Positions 37,907 to 48,179 of a DNA stretch of 64,000 nucleotides are shown here, piece by piece. Both the position numbers and the translations under genes were made by a program. Within the stretch, counting starts at the first letter, position 1. Each line of letters opens with the position of its first letter. The stretch covers positions 29,860-93,859 of the forward strand of contig JAGAWU010000025.1 of NCBI GenBank assembly GCA_017941235.1, read 5' to 3'. Source of the stretch: Bacilli bacterium (lineage in GTDB: Bacteria > Bacillota_I > Bacilli_A > RF39 > UBA660). The notes under the pieces are model-generated. The model was not told where the DNA came from. It was given only the letters and a program-made list of their open reading frames with translations, and did not search any database.

Positions 37907-39505
37907 ATGAAGAAACATAATACATTAAAAGTTGTTCTTATTACATTATGTGCCTTTTTAGTATGTAGTTGGATTTTTACTTCTGCTTATTATTCTGGTG
38001 GATATGTAGATCAAGGACGTGTTCAGATGGGACTATTTGATATATTCTCATATCCTACAACAGCTTTATCATATTTTGGATATATTTCACTTTATGTTTT
38101 AGCTATTGGTATGTTTTATGGAGTACTTAACAAAATTAGTGCTTATAGAGTATTAATTGATAAGCTTGCTAAATCTTTCAAAGGTAAAGAAAAAATAGCA
38201 ATAGCAGTTATTATGTCTATTCTTGCAATAATTACATCATTTGCAGGATTAAATATAGCATTATTATTAGTATTTCCATTTATTATATCTTTAGTATTAG
38301 TTATGGGATATGATAAAATAGTTGCAGCTTTAACTACTGTAGGTGGTGTTATTGTTGGTTATATGGGTACAACATTTGCTTATAATAATACTAATATTTT
38401 AGTTCAGACACTTGGAGTTAAAGTAACTACAGGAATCGCTTATAAGATTATTATTTTATTATTAGGCCTTGCAGTACTTATTTTCAATACTATTATGTAT
38501 ATTAATAAGAAAATGCCTAAGAAGACTAAAGATAATTCTAGTGATTTAGATATTTATGTTCCAACTGCAGTTAATGCTAAAGATAGTAAAAGTACTAAAA
38601 TATGGCCTTTAGTTGTAGTTTTAGATTTAGTTCTAATAATTGCAATATTAGGTTTTATACCTTGGGCTTCAGTATTTAATGTTACTGCTTTTGATGATGC
38701 AACTACAGCTATTACAGGATTTAATATTCCTTCATATGTAGGATTATTAATTCTATTATTAATAGTTAATATTGTATTATTTGCTAAAAAACAAAATAAG
38801 CATGCTTATATTGTTGATGCAGCAGCTGTAATTGTAACTTTAGTAATAGTAATTGGAAGATTTGTAGTTAAAGCAGCTAAGTTTAAAGTATTAACTAAGG
38901 CTTTAAATTCAGATTTTGCTATATTTGGAAAAGTTTTAGGAAATGTTAATTCATTTGGAAATTGGTCTTTGACTGAAATTTCTTTATTAGCAATTATTTC
39001 TGCTTTAGTACTTGCTTTAATTTATAAGGTTAAACTTGATGATGTGTTAGATGGTATTGTGGAAGGAATAAAGAAAGCAATAATGCCTGCAGTATTTGTT
39101 TTATTAGTATACTTAGGTTTAGTTATAGTTACTTATCATCCATTCCAATTACCAATTTATAAATCAATATTTGGTTTAACTAAAGGATTTAATGTATTTA
39201 CTTCAACTATTGTTGCTATACTTGCTACAGTGTTTAATAGTGATCCATTATATGTATTCAATAGTGTAATATTATATTTAACTAGTCTAGTAACAGATAC
39301 TAGTGTATATCCAGTTATTTGGATTTTATATCAATCTGTTTCAGGATTGACTATGTTAGTTGCTCCAACTAGTTTATTATTAGTTGTAACATTATACTAT
39401 TTAGATATTCCTTATGGAAAATGGTTAAAGACTGTTTGGAAGTTAGTTGTAGAAATTTTAGTAATATTATTAATTGTTTGTACAATTGCATTACTAGCAG
39501 CATAG
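37907..39505 (+). CDS. polytopic membrane protein, possibly a YfcC/DcuC-like transporter
   Basis: 532 aa from ATG 37907 (SD gggaggag 37892-37899), with more than 10 predicted hydrophobic segments. The family assignment is only a weak impression. Confidence 0.6.
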   Translation: MKKHNTLKVVLITLCAFLVCSWIFTSAYYSGGYVDQGRVQMGLFDIFSYPTTALSYFGYISLYVLAIGMFYGVLNKISAYRVLIDKLAKSFKGKEKIAIAVIMSILAIITSFAGLNIALLLVFPFIISLVLVMGYDKIVAALTTVGGVIVGYMGTTFAYNNTNILVQTLGVKVTTGIAYKIIILLLGLAVLIFNTIMYINKKMPKKTKDNSSDLDIYVPTAVNAKDSKSTKIWPLVVVLDLVLIIAILGFIPWASVFNVTAFDDATTAITGFNIPSYVGLLILLLIVNIVLFAKKQNKHAYIVDAAAVIVTLVIVIGRFVVKAAKFKVLTKALNSDFAIFGKVLGNVNSFGNWSLTEISLLAIISALVLALIYKVKLDDVLDGIVEGIKKAIMPAVFVLLVYLGLVIVTYHPFQLPIYKSIFGLTKGFNVFTSTIVAILATVFNSDPLYVFNSVILYLTSLVTDTSVYPVIWILYQSVSGLTMLVAPTSLLLVVTLYYLDIPYGKWLKTVWKLVVEILVILLIVCTIALLAA

Positions 39506-39513
39506 TTTATTAA

Positions 39514-39538
39514 GGCCAACATTGTTGGTCTTTTTTTT
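39514..39538 (+). terminator. rho-independent terminator
   Basis: ggccaac (39514-39520) pairs with gttggtc (39524-39530), followed by a T8 run. Confidence 0.65.
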
Positions 39539-39615
39539 GTCGATTTTTTGTGTACATAAATTCTTGTCATACTACCTAAAATATTCATAAAATAAAATAG
39601 AAAGGGTGATGAAAT

Positions 39616-41892
39616 ATATTTTCAAAATTTAGTGAAGATGCTCAAAAATGTTTGCTTTTAGCAAAAGATGAAATGATGAAATTAAATCATCCTTATGTTG
39701 GAAGTGAGCATTTATTACTTGCAATCTTATCATATAAAAATGCTGTTTCAACTAAACTTTATAAGTATGATATAACTTATGAACGTTTTAGGGACGAAGT
39801 TGTTGATGTAATTGGTAAAGGTAGTATTTCTTCAAAATGGTTTTTGTTTACTCCTCTTTTAAAAAGAGTTATTCAAAATGCAATTTTTGATTCTAAAGAA
39901 AACAATGAAAAAGTAGTTAGTATTGAAAGGATTTTTTCTTCTTTATTATCTGAAGGAGAGGGAGTGGCTATTAGACTACTCATAGGTATGAATATAGATA
40001 TTGATTTAATATATAGGAATTTTTCTTCACAACTGTTTATTCAAAAAACGAGGAAAAACAAAAAATTGTTAATAACTGATTTTTCTGTAGATTTTAATAA
40101 AAAAGTAAAAAATAATGAAATTGATCCTGTTGTTGGTAGAGATAATGAAGTAAATAGAGTTATAGAAATTCTTTGTAGACGTACAAAAAACAATCCCTTA
40201 CTTATAGGTGAAGCTGGTGTAGGTAAAACTGCAATAGTAGAAGAACTAAGTAGAAGAATAGTGGAAGGAAATGTACCAAAAAAACTGCATGGTAAAGTTA
40301 TTCTTTCAATATCTGTTGCTTCGCTAATATCTGGTACAAAATATAGAGGGGAATTTGAAGAAAGAATTAATAAGATAATTCAGGAGGTTGAAGAAAATGA
40401 TGAAATAATTCTTTTTATAGATGAAGTTCATACTATTGTAGGGGCTGGTGGAGCAGAAGGCGCTATAGATGCTTCCAATATATTAAAACCAAGTTTGGCT
40501 AGAGGAAAAATTAAAATAATAGGTGCTACTACAAATGATGAATATATGAAGTACATAGAAAAAGATAAAGCTCTAGATAGGAGATTTCAAAAAATATATA
40601 TTAATGAACCTTGTGATGAAGATACAGTTAAGATGCTTTTGTCACTAAAAGGATTGTATGAAAGTTTTCATCATGTAATTATTAGTGACGAAATAATTAA
40701 ATATATAATTTATTTATCTGGTATATATATTAAGAACAGAAAGAATCCAGATAAATCTATTGATATTCTGGATGAAGTATGTGCTAAGGCATCTATTAAT
40801 GGTTATAATGAATATAATTATTATAAGAATAATATAAAATTAAAAAAAATTATTTCTGATAAAAATAATGCAATCAAGAATCAAGATTTTACAGAGGCTA
40901 CAAAGTTAAAGAATATTCAGAATAGGCTTGAGACAAAAATAAATAATGAAATTTATAGTTTTAATAAATTTAATAATCCTATTATTATAGATAAACATAT
41001 GGTTAATAAAGTAGTAGAGGATAAGACCAAAATACCTATCTATAGTATTAATACTCAAAATAAGAAAATTTTGAGTAATCTAAATAGAGAGTTAAAAAAT
41101 AGAATTATTGGGCAAAATCACATTTTGAAAGATGTAATGTGGTTGACTAGAATGATTTTATTTGGTTTTAGAAAAAATAAACCTTATTCTTTTTTATTTT
41201 TGGGCCCTACTGGTGTTGGGAAAACATTACTTGTTAAAACTTATGCGGAATTATTATTTGGCAAAGATAGTTTTATTAGAATTGATATGAGTGAATTTAA
41301 GGAGGAGTCTTCTATAAGTAAATTATTGGGCTCAGCACCTGGTTATGTTGGTTATGATGATAATAATTTGGTCTTTGATAAAGTTAGAAATCATCCTCAT
41401 TCTGTTATTTTGTTAGATGAAATAGAGAAGGCATCAAAATCTGTTGTTAGATTATTTTTACAAATACTTGATGAAGGATTTATACATGATTCCTTAGGTA
41501 GGGAGATAGATTTTAATAATTCTATTATATTTATGACTTCAAATTTGGGTATGACCTCTAATTCTTTGGGATTTAATTCTAGTGATAGTTATAAACAGAA
41601 TTTAAGAGATTTTTTTTCTGTTGAATTTTTAAATAGGGTTGATAAGATTTGTGTTTTTAATTCTATTAATGATAGAGATATTAGAAAGATTATACGCAGT
41701 GAGTTAGAAATAATTAAGTCTAAATATAGGGATATTAATATATCTTTTTCTGATAAAAAAATATCTGAATTAGTTGAAAAAACTAATTATTTGGAATATG
41801 GGGCAAGAAGAGTGAAAAAGGTAATTGAGGAGGAGATTGAAAATCAATTGATTAATTGTATTATTGAAGGTAAAACTTTGGTTATAATGTAG
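39616..41892 (+). CDS. clpC: ATP-dependent Clp protease ATPase subunit ClpC (start codon uncertain)
   Basis: It has Clp_N repeats, Walker A motifs GEAGVGKTA and GPTGVGKT, and a UVR-like linker ([11 protein letters not shown]). Homology ([19 protein letters not shown]) extends upstream of the first canonical in-frame start (TTG 39652) back to the in-frame stop at 39610-39612. See the findings for detail. Confidence 0.9.
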   Translation: MFSKFSEDAQKCLLLAKDEMMKLNHPYVGSEHLLLAILSYKNAVSTKLYKYDITYERFRDEVVDVIGKGSISSKWFLFTPLLKRVIQNAIFDSKENNEKVVSIERIFSSLLSEGEGVAIRLLIGMNIDIDLIYRNFSSQLFIQKTRKNKKLLITDFSVDFNKKVKNNEIDPVVGRDNEVNRVIEILCRRTKNNPLLIGEAGVGKTAIVEELSRRIVEGNVPKKLHGKVILSISVASLISGTKYRGEFEERINKIIQEVEENDEIILFIDEVHTIVGAGGAEGAIDASNILKPSLARGKIKIIGATTNDEYMKYIEKDKALDRRFQKIYINEPCDEDTVKMLLSLKGLYESFHHVIISDEIIKYIIYLSGIYIKNRKNPDKSIDILDEVCAKASINGYNEYNYYKNNIKLKKIISDKNNAIKNQDFTEATKLKNIQNRLETKINNEIYSFNKFNNPIIIDKHMVNKVVEDKTKIPIYSINTQNKKILSNLNRELKNRIIGQNHILKDVMWLTRMILFGFRKNKPYSFLFLGPTGVGKTLLVKTYAELLFGKDSFIRIDMSEFKEESSISKLLGSAPGYVGYDDNNLVFDKVRNHPHSVILLDEIEKASKSVVRLFLQILDEGFIHDSLGREIDFNNSIIFMTSNLGMTSNSLGFNSSDSYKQNLRDFFSVEFLNRVDKICVFNSINDRDIRKIIRSELEIIKSKYRDINISFSDKKISELVEKTNYLEYGARRVKKVIEEEIENQLINCIIEGKTLVIM

Positions 41893-41939
41893 ATTTATGG
41901 CCTTTATTGTGATATAATTACGACATTGAGGTGGTACTT

Positions 41940-43331
41940 TTGAAAATATATAATACTTTAACTAGAAATGTGGATGAGTTTATTCCTTTAGAAGAAGGAA
42001 AAGTTAAACTTTATACTTGTGGTCCAACTGTTTATCATTATGCACATATCGGTAATATTCGTAATTATATAGGACATGATATTTTACATAGAACCCTTAA
42101 ATATTTAGGTTATGATGTTAAAAGAGTCATGAACATTACTGATGTTGGTCATTTAACTAGTGATTCTGATTCTGGAGAGGACAAAATGGAAGTAGCTAGA
42201 AAAAGGGAACATAAAACGGCAATGGAAATAGCTAAGTTTTATACTGATAGATTTTTTGAGGATTTTTATTTAGTTAATTGTTTAAAACCTGATGTTATTT
42301 CACCTGCTACTGATAATATTGATATGTATATAAAAATAATAAATAAATTAATAGAAAAAGAATATGCTTATGTTTCTGGTGGAAATGTTTATTTTGATAT
42401 TACTAGATTAGATGATTATTATGTTTTAACCAATCATAAAGAAGATGATTTAGTAGTAGGTGTTCGTGAAGGCGTGGAGTCAGATAGTAACAAAAGAAAT
42501 CAAGCTGATTTCGCATTGTGGTTTACAACTAGTAAGTTTGAGAATCATGAACAAGTTTGGGATTCTCCATGGGGTAAGGGTTATCCTGGTTGGCATATTG
42601 AATGTACTGGTATTTCTATAAAATACTTGGGTGAATATTTGGATATACATGGTGGTGGAGTAGATAATATATTTCCACATCATACTAATGAAATTGCACA
42701 GAGTGAAGCTTATTTGGGACATAAGTGGTGTAATTATTGGTTTCATAATGAATATTTACTTGATGAAACAGGTAAAATGTCTAAATCTAAAGGTGCTGTT
42801 TTAACAGTAACTGCTTTAAAGGAAAAAGGATATGATCCTTTAGCTTATCGTTTTATGTGTCTTAATTCTCATTATAGAAAACAATTAGTATTTTCGTATG
42901 ATGCATTGAAACAAGCTGAACTTACTTTGAATAAATTAAAAAATAGAATTTCAGATATTAGTGTTGTTGGTAATTTACAAGATGATGTTTTTGACAAATA
43001 TAATGGTTTGTTTAACGATGCAATAAGTAATGATTTAAATACTGCTAATGCTTTAACTGTATTATATGATGTATTAAAGGATAAAGATGTTAATGGGTAT
43101 ACTAAATTAGAGTTGATTAAGAAATTTGATACTGTTTTTGGATTAGAATTAATAAAAGTAATTAATATTGATAGTGATTTGGAAAATTACATTAATGAGA
43201 AAATTGAGGAACGAAATCAAGCTAAAAAAAATAAAGATTTTGCTTTAGCTGATTCAATTCGTGATGAATTACTTAAGAAGAATGTAAAATTAATTGATGG
43301 TAGAGAAGGAACAAAATACGAAGTATTGTAG
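41940..43331 (+). CDS. cysS: cysteine--tRNA ligase
   Basis: N-terminus is KIYNTLTR, with HIGN as the HIGH motif and KMSKS. TTG 41940 follows SD gaggtgg and is preferred over GTG 41931. Confidence 0.95.
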   Translation: MKIYNTLTRNVDEFIPLEEGKVKLYTCGPTVYHYAHIGNIRNYIGHDILHRTLKYLGYDVKRVMNITDVGHLTSDSDSGEDKMEVARKREHKTAMEIAKFYTDRFFEDFYLVNCLKPDVISPATDNIDMYIKIINKLIEKEYAYVSGGNVYFDITRLDDYYVLTNHKEDDLVVGVREGVESDSNKRNQADFALWFTTSKFENHEQVWDSPWGKGYPGWHIECTGISIKYLGEYLDIHGGGVDNIFPHHTNEIAQSEAYLGHKWCNYWFHNEYLLDETGKMSKSKGAVLTVTALKEKGYDPLAYRFMCLNSHYRKQLVFSYDALKQAELTLNKLKNRISDISVVGNLQDDVFDKYNGLFNDAISNDLNTANALTVLYDVLKDKDVNGYTKLELIKKFDTVFGLELIKVINIDSDLENYINEKIEERNQAKKNKDFALADSIRDELLKKNVKLIDGREGTKYEVL

Positions 43332-43339
43332 GTGCTGTT

Positions 43340-43717
43340 ATGGATTTAAATACAATTAATGTTTTAGTCTTTGCATATTTAGGTGATACTATATATGAAG
43401 ATTATATTAGAAAATATTTAATATTGGATAAAAAGATTCCTAATGTAAGTGATTTGCAAAAAGAATCTATTAATTATGTTTCTGCAAAGAGTCAGGCTCG
43501 ATATTTAAATATGCTTATAGAGAAGGATTTTTTTACTGAAGAAGAATTATCTATAATAAGAAGAGCTAGAAATTATAAGAGTAAGTCACATCCAAAAAAT
43601 TGTGATATTGTTACTTATAAACATGCTACTGCATTAGAGGCTGTAATAGGGTTTATGGAATTATCCAATAATCATAGTAGAATAAATGAATTAATGAAAC
43701 ATATTTTGGAGGTTTAA
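43340..43717 (+). CDS. mrnC: mini-ribonuclease III
   Basis: 125 aa. It has the FAYLGDTIYE motif and sits in the conserved cysS-mrnC-rlmB context. Confidence 0.88.
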   Translation: MDLNTINVLVFAYLGDTIYEDYIRKYLILDKKIPNVSDLQKESINYVSAKSQARYLNMLIEKDFFTEEELSIIRRARNYKSKSHPKNCDIVTYKHATALEAVIGFMELSNNHSRINELMKHILEV

Positions 43718-43719
43718 AA

Positions 43720-44418
43720 ATGTTGGTGTATGGCAGAAATGTTGCAACTGAATATTTAAATTTTAATAAAACGAATGTAAGAAAAATAATAATTCAGGAA
43801 GGTTTTACTGATAAAAATTTAATTTCTCTAGTGGAAAAAGTAAAAATACCTGTTATTTACAAAAATAGAAGAGAAATGGATTTGCTTGTAAATGGGGTAC
43901 ACCAGGGTATAATATTAGACGTTACGGATTTTAAGTATTTTTCGCTTGATGAAGTGTTAAATTCTGATTCTGATTTTGTTTTAATAATTGATCATTTGGA
44001 GGATCCACATAATTTGGGTGCAATAATTAGAACTGCTGAATCAGCAGGTGTTGATGCGATTATCCTTCCTCAAAATAGGGAAGTTCAGATTAATTCTACT
44101 GTTATGAAAACTAGTGCAGGGACTCTTTCTAAAGTTAAAATAATTAAAGTAACTAATTTAGTTCAAGCAATTAACAAATTAAAACAAAATAACTTTTGGA
44201 TTGTTGGTACTGCTATGGATGGTAATGATTATAAAAGTATCGATTATAATGGTAAAATTGGTTTAGTAATAGGTAATGAAGGACATGGTATGAGTAGACT
44301 TGTTAGGGAATCTTGTGATTTTATTGCTTCTATTCCTATGAGAGGAACGGTTAATAGTTTAAACGCTTCTGTTGCTGCTGGAATAATGATATATGAGGTT
44401 GTCCGTAATAGAAAGTAG
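43720..44418 (+). CDS. rlmB: 23S rRNA (guanosine2251-2'-O)-methyltransferase, SpoU/TrmH family
   Basis: 232 aa. Motifs: DPHNLGAIIRTAE..G, GNEG.G.S, IPM.G...SLN.S. Confidence 0.9.
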   Translation: MLVYGRNVATEYLNFNKTNVRKIIIQEGFTDKNLISLVEKVKIPVIYKNRREMDLLVNGVHQGIILDVTDFKYFSLDEVLNSDSDFVLIIDHLEDPHNLGAIIRTAESAGVDAIILPQNREVQINSTVMKTSAGTLSKVKIIKVTNLVQAINKLKQNNFWIVGTAMDGNDYKSIDYNGKIGLVIGNEGHGMSRLVRESCDFIASIPMRGTVNSLNASVAAGIMIYEVVRNRK

Positions 44419-44423
44419 GAAAT

Positions 44424-45011
44424 ATGAAATATAAAGATGTAAATGATTTTGAAGTTTTATATCTTGTTGAAGAAAATCAGTCTGAATATAAAAATGTAAT
44501 ATTTGAAAAATATAAACCTATATTAAAAAAAATAGCTTATTTCTATTATTTAAAATTGAAAAATTATGGATTTGATTATGATGATTGTTTTCAAGAAGCC
44601 TTAATTGGACTTAATCATGCTATAGATAGTTTTGATTTTAATAAAGATGCATTATTTTATACATTTGCTCTTGTTTGTATAAGAAGTAGGCTTAATTCTT
44701 TTGTATCAAAATCTCTTGGGAATAAGAATAAAATATTGAACGAAAGTATGTTTTTTAATAAAGATGATTTATATGAAATAGAAAATATTGTTCCTGTGTA
44801 TTTTGATGATTTGCATCTATCATTTTATGAAAAGGTTTTAAAATTTAAGAATTCATTAAATGATACACAGTCTCAAATTTTTGAACTTAAATATAATGGT
44901 TTTACTAATAAGGAAATAGGTGAACTTTTGGAAATAAATCCTAGAATTGTATATAATAATGTTTGTTATATTAGGGATAGAATGTTAATGAGTAATTTTA
45001 AGTTATCTTGA
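44424..45011 (+). CDS. sigH: RNA polymerase sigma factor SigH type
   Basis: 195 aa. DYDDCFQEALIGLNHAIDSFD...ALFYTFALVCIRSRL parallels B. subtilis SigH DREDIVQEGMIGLYKSIRDFK...SFKAFAELCITRQI. It lies in the conserved rlmB-sigH-secE position. Confidence 0.85.
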   Translation: MKYKDVNDFEVLYLVEENQSEYKNVIFEKYKPILKKIAYFYYLKLKNYGFDYDDCFQEALIGLNHAIDSFDFNKDALFYTFALVCIRSRLNSFVSKSLGNKNKILNESMFFNKDDLYEIENIVPVYFDDLHLSFYEKVLKFKNSLNDTQSQIFELKYNGFTNKEIGELLEINPRIVYNNVCYIRDRMLMSNFKLS

Positions 45012-45020
45012 TGTAAATAT

Positions 45021-45057
45021 AAGTAAATTCTAATTATTTAGATTTACTTTTTTTTTA
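45021..45057 (+). terminator. rho-independent terminator after sigH
   Basis: aagtaaat (45021-45028) pairs with atttactt (45042-45049), followed by a T-run. Confidence 0.6.
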
Positions 45058-45092
45058 GGATGTACTAAACTTATAGTAAGATAGGTGATAAT

Positions 45093-45785
45093 ATGGGCGT
45101 TGATAATTATAAAACTATGACACTTAATCAGTTTATTAATACATATAGTTCTAGTTCGGAGAAGGATGTACCAATAATAAATGATATGCTTCTTGCGTTG
45201 GATAAGAAGATGAAAATGTATCATGATTTTAATTATGTTATAACTAGTTTTGATATTAATAAAACTTATATATATGAGGCAAAAGATTCAAATGGTAATT
45301 TAATTTTTGATGCTGATTATTCTGAATATGCGCCTATAGGTAAAAGTAGTTTTGCGCCTAAAGATAATGTTTTTTATTTGGCTTGTTTGGCGGTTGGTAT
45401 ATATAATAATTGTCTTAGTTATATTGATCCATCTAAACCTAAGTTTTTAAAAGAAAACTTTAATTTGTTTGCAGAAAATATGCCTCAAGAAGTTGTTCCT
45501 TATTATAGAGGAATTATAGAAAGGGGTTTTTCTGTCTATTTAAATGAGTTTATAGATTCTAGAAATGAACAAGAAATCGCGAAGATGCAAGAAGAAGCAA
45601 AGAGAATGGCAGATGAAGAAGCAGAAAGAAAGAAAAAAGAAAATAAGAATTCAGTGCCAAAGGTTAAACCAAATTCTGCTTGGGGTATTAATAGTGATGC
45701 TGCTTTCTCTTCAATATCATTTTTTCCACTTATATTTTTGCTTCTTGGGGTTATCATTCCAATTATATTTCTTATATTGTCTTGA
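45093..45785 (+). CDS. hypothetical tail-anchored membrane protein
   Basis: 230 aa. It has a soluble N-domain, a charged KE-rich linker (EEAKRMADEEAERKKKENK) and a single C-terminal TM (FFPLIFLLLGVIIPIIFLIL). I recognise no family. Confidence 0.55.
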   Translation: MGVDNYKTMTLNQFINTYSSSSEKDVPIINDMLLALDKKMKMYHDFNYVITSFDINKTYIYEAKDSNGNLIFDADYSEYAPIGKSSFAPKDNVFYLACLAVGIYNNCLSYIDPSKPKFLKENFNLFAENMPQEVVPYYRGIIERGFSVYLNEFIDSRNEQEIAKMQEEAKRMADEEAERKKKENKNSVPKVKPNSAWGINSDAAFSSISFFPLIFLLLGVIIPIIFLILS

Positions 45786-45869
45786 CATTTTCTTTTGTTT
45801 GTGTTAATTTATACATGAACACGAGGGAGTGTTTTTATTTTACAAAAATTTTTTTGAAAAGGTGAAATT

Positions 45870-46100
45870 ATGGCTAATAAAGAAAAACAAGAAACAAAAG
45901 TTAAGAATAAGAAGAGTTTATGGGGCAGATTTATGACTTATTGTCATGGTGTCAAGACAGAATTTAAGAGAGTTCATTGGACTACAAAAAGTGATTTAGG
46001 AAAGTATTCAGTTGCTACTTTGCTTTTTGTAATTGTTTTTTCATTATTCTTCTATGGTATTAATGCTCTATATGCTTTAATTCGCTCGCTAATAGGATAG
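45870..46100 (+). CDS. secE: preprotein translocase subunit SecE
   Basis: 76 aa. V.TEFKRVHW....DL......LLFVIV, with a single C-terminal TM. It lies directly upstream of nusG. Confidence 0.9.
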   Translation: MANKEKQETKVKNKKSLWGRFMTYCHGVKTEFKRVHWTTKSDLGKYSVATLLFVIVFSLFFYGINALYALIRSLIG

Positions 46101-46110
46101 GAGGTGCTGT

Positions 46111-46644
46111 ATGGATAAACAATGGTATGTTGTTAACACTTATTCTGGACATGAAAATAAGGTTAAAGAAAAGCTTGAGATGAGAGCAGAATCTATGGGA
46201 ATGCAGGACTATATATATAGAGTTGTTGTTCCTATGGAAAAGGTTATTGAAACTAAGAATGGTGTTGAAAAAGAACGTGAAAAGAAAATGTTTCCTGGAT
46301 ATATTTTAGTTGAAATGGTCATGAGTGATGAAGCTTGGTATATCGTTCGTAATACTCCAGGAGTAACAGGATTTATAGGATCAAGTGGAAAGGGTGCAAA
46401 ACCAACTCCTCTTCAACCATATGAAGTAGATAAAATTCTAAATAGTATGGGTATTTCTAGAATAGATATAGATAAAGAATTAGTAGAAGGTACTAAGGTT
46501 AGCATTATTGATGGTCCATTTAAAGGTATGTTTGGTAAAGTTGATTTTATCGAGCCTGGTAGTAGTAAAGTTAACTTGCTTGTTGATTTATTTGGACAAG
46601 AAACTAGTGTTGAAGTTGAACTTAGTCAAATTCAAAAAATATAA
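46111..46644 (+). CDS. nusG: transcription termination/antitermination factor NusG
   Basis: 177 aa. It has WYVV.TYSGHENKV, PGY.LVEM and a KOW motif (G.FKG..G.V). Confidence 0.96.
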   Translation: MDKQWYVVNTYSGHENKVKEKLEMRAESMGMQDYIYRVVVPMEKVIETKNGVEKEREKKMFPGYILVEMVMSDEAWYIVRNTPGVTGFIGSSGKGAKPTPLQPYEVDKILNSMGISRIDIDKELVEGTKVSIIDGPFKGMFGKVDFIEPGSSKVNLLVDLFGQETSVEVELSQIQKI

Positions 46645-46646
46645 TC

Positions 46647-46675
46647 TTGCATTATTTTAAATTATGTGTTATTAT
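46647..46675 (+). promoter_or_regulatory. sigma-A-type promoter for rplKA
   Basis: TTGCAT (46647-46652), a 17-nt spacer, then TATTAT (46670-46675) with an upstream TGt extended -10. Confidence 0.45.
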
Positions 46676-46799
46676 TTAAACGCTATATTTATTTTGATAT
46701 AGATTTAGTGGGAGGCAGTTAATACTAAAATTTAGTATGCGGATTTACGCTATTTGAACCACTCGCGAAAACGAAATAATTTTATAGGAGGTGTTTTTC

Positions 46800-47246
46800 G
46801 TGGCAAAAGAAGCTATTAAAAAGATTAAATTACAAATACCTGCAGGAAAAGCTACACCAGCTCCACCAGTTGGAACTGTTTTAGGACCAGCAGGAATTAA
46901 CTTACAAGAGTTTTGTACTAAATATAATGATGCTACTCGTGATAAAATGGGTGACATTTTACCAGTAGAAATTTCAATTTATGATGATAGAAGTTTTGAT
47001 TTTATAATTAAAACTCCACCTACAGGATTCTTATTAAAGAAGATTGCTAAAATTAATAAAGGCTCTGTTAAAGGTGCTAATGAAACAGTTGCTACTATTT
47101 CAGTAGATCAACTTCGTGAAGTTGCAGAAATTAAGTTACCAGATTTAAACTGTGATGATATTGAAGCTGCAATGAAAACAGTTGCCGGAACTGCTCGTAA
47201 TATGGGTATTAAAGTTGACGGTTATAACACTGATTCAGAAAAATAA
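46800..47246 (+). CDS. rplK: 50S ribosomal protein L11
   Basis: KLQIPAGKATPAPPVG..LG..G.N...FC. GTG 46800 lies 8 nt after SD aggagg. The ORF-track GTG at 46791 is inside the SD. Confidence 0.96.
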   Translation: MAKEAIKKIKLQIPAGKATPAPPVGTVLGPAGINLQEFCTKYNDATRDKMGDILPVEISIYDDRSFDFIIKTPPTGFLLKKIAKINKGSVKGANETVATISVDQLREVAEIKLPDLNCDDIEAAMKTVAGTARNMGIKVDGYNTDSEK

Positions 47247-47322
47247 TTAAAATAAGAATAATCCGCAAGTAAAATTTTATAAGAACGTTCCGCTTGTACT
47301 TATTAAATAGGGAGGAAAAAAT

Positions 47323-48021
47323 ATGAAGAAGAGAAGTAAGAAATATACTGAAGCTATTTCTAAAGTTGAAAAAGGTAAAGTATATACAGTAGAAGAAGCA
47401 GTTAAATTAGTTAAAGAAACTTCTATTACTAAATTTGATGGAACTGTAGAAGTTGCTATGAGACTTAATCTTGATACTAAAAAAGCAGATCAACAATTAA
47501 GAGGAGCTATTGTATTACCTAAGGGAACTGGTAAAACAAATAGAGTTTTAGTAATTGCTAAAGGTGATGCTGCTGCTAAGGCAAAAGAAGCTGGAGCTGA
47601 TTTTGTTGGAGATGTTGATTTATTAGAAAAGATAGAAAAAGAAAACTGGTTTGAATTTGATACAATGATTGCTACACCTGATATGATGCCACTTCTTGGT
47701 AAATTAGGTAGAGTTTTAGGGCCAAAAGGTTTAATGCCAAATCCTAAAACTGGTACAGTTACTATGGATCCAGCTAAAGCTGTTAGTGAATCAAAAGCTG
47801 GACGTGTAGAATATAGAACAGATAGTTTTGGAAATGTACATGCAGTTGTTGGAAAGGTTTCATTTAGTGAAGCAGACTTAATTGAAAATATTAGTGCATT
47901 TGTTGCTAATATAATGAAAATTCGTCCTACTTCAGTAAAAGGGGATTATATTAAGAATATATCTATTACTTCAACTATGGGTCCTGGAATTAAAATTGCT
48001 TTAAATAGTTTTGACAAATAG
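47323..48021 (+). CDS. rplA: 50S ribosomal protein L1
   Basis: 232 aa. Motifs: [44 protein letters not shown]. Confidence 0.97.
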   Translation: MKKRSKKYTEAISKVEKGKVYTVEEAVKLVKETSITKFDGTVEVAMRLNLDTKKADQQLRGAIVLPKGTGKTNRVLVIAKGDAAAKAKEAGADFVGDVDLLEKIEKENWFEFDTMIATPDMMPLLGKLGRVLGPKGLMPNPKTGTVTMDPAKAVSESKAGRVEYRTDSFGNVHAVVGKVSFSEADLIENISAFVANIMKIRPTSVKGDYIKNISITSTMGPGIKIALNSFDK

Positions 48022-48039
48022 TTAAGTATAGTGTATTAT
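48011..48039 (+). promoter_or_regulatory. sigma-A-type promoter for rplJL
   Basis: TTGACA (48011-48016), a 17-nt spacer, then TATTAT (48034-48039). It overlaps the end of rplA. Confidence 0.55.
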
Positions 48040-48045
48040 ATATAT

Positions 48046-48150
48046 GAATTTGTTGGTGCCATAGACAGTAGGTTGTTTGTAAATCCTACCGAGGACTACG
48101 TTAATTATGTAAGTTAAGGTTCTCGTGTCTATTACGAGAACCTTTTTTAT
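48046..48150 (+). promoter_or_regulatory. ribosomal protein L10 leader (autoregulatory attenuator)
   Basis: Stem agacagtagg...cctaccgagg (48063-48093), then the terminator-like hairpin aaggttctcgt/acgagaacctt (48116-48144) plus a T-run, just before the rplJ SD. This architecture and position match the Firmicute L10 leader. Confidence 0.65.
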
Positions 48151-48179
48151 GGCAACTCTTCAAGAAGGAGGTGTAGATA

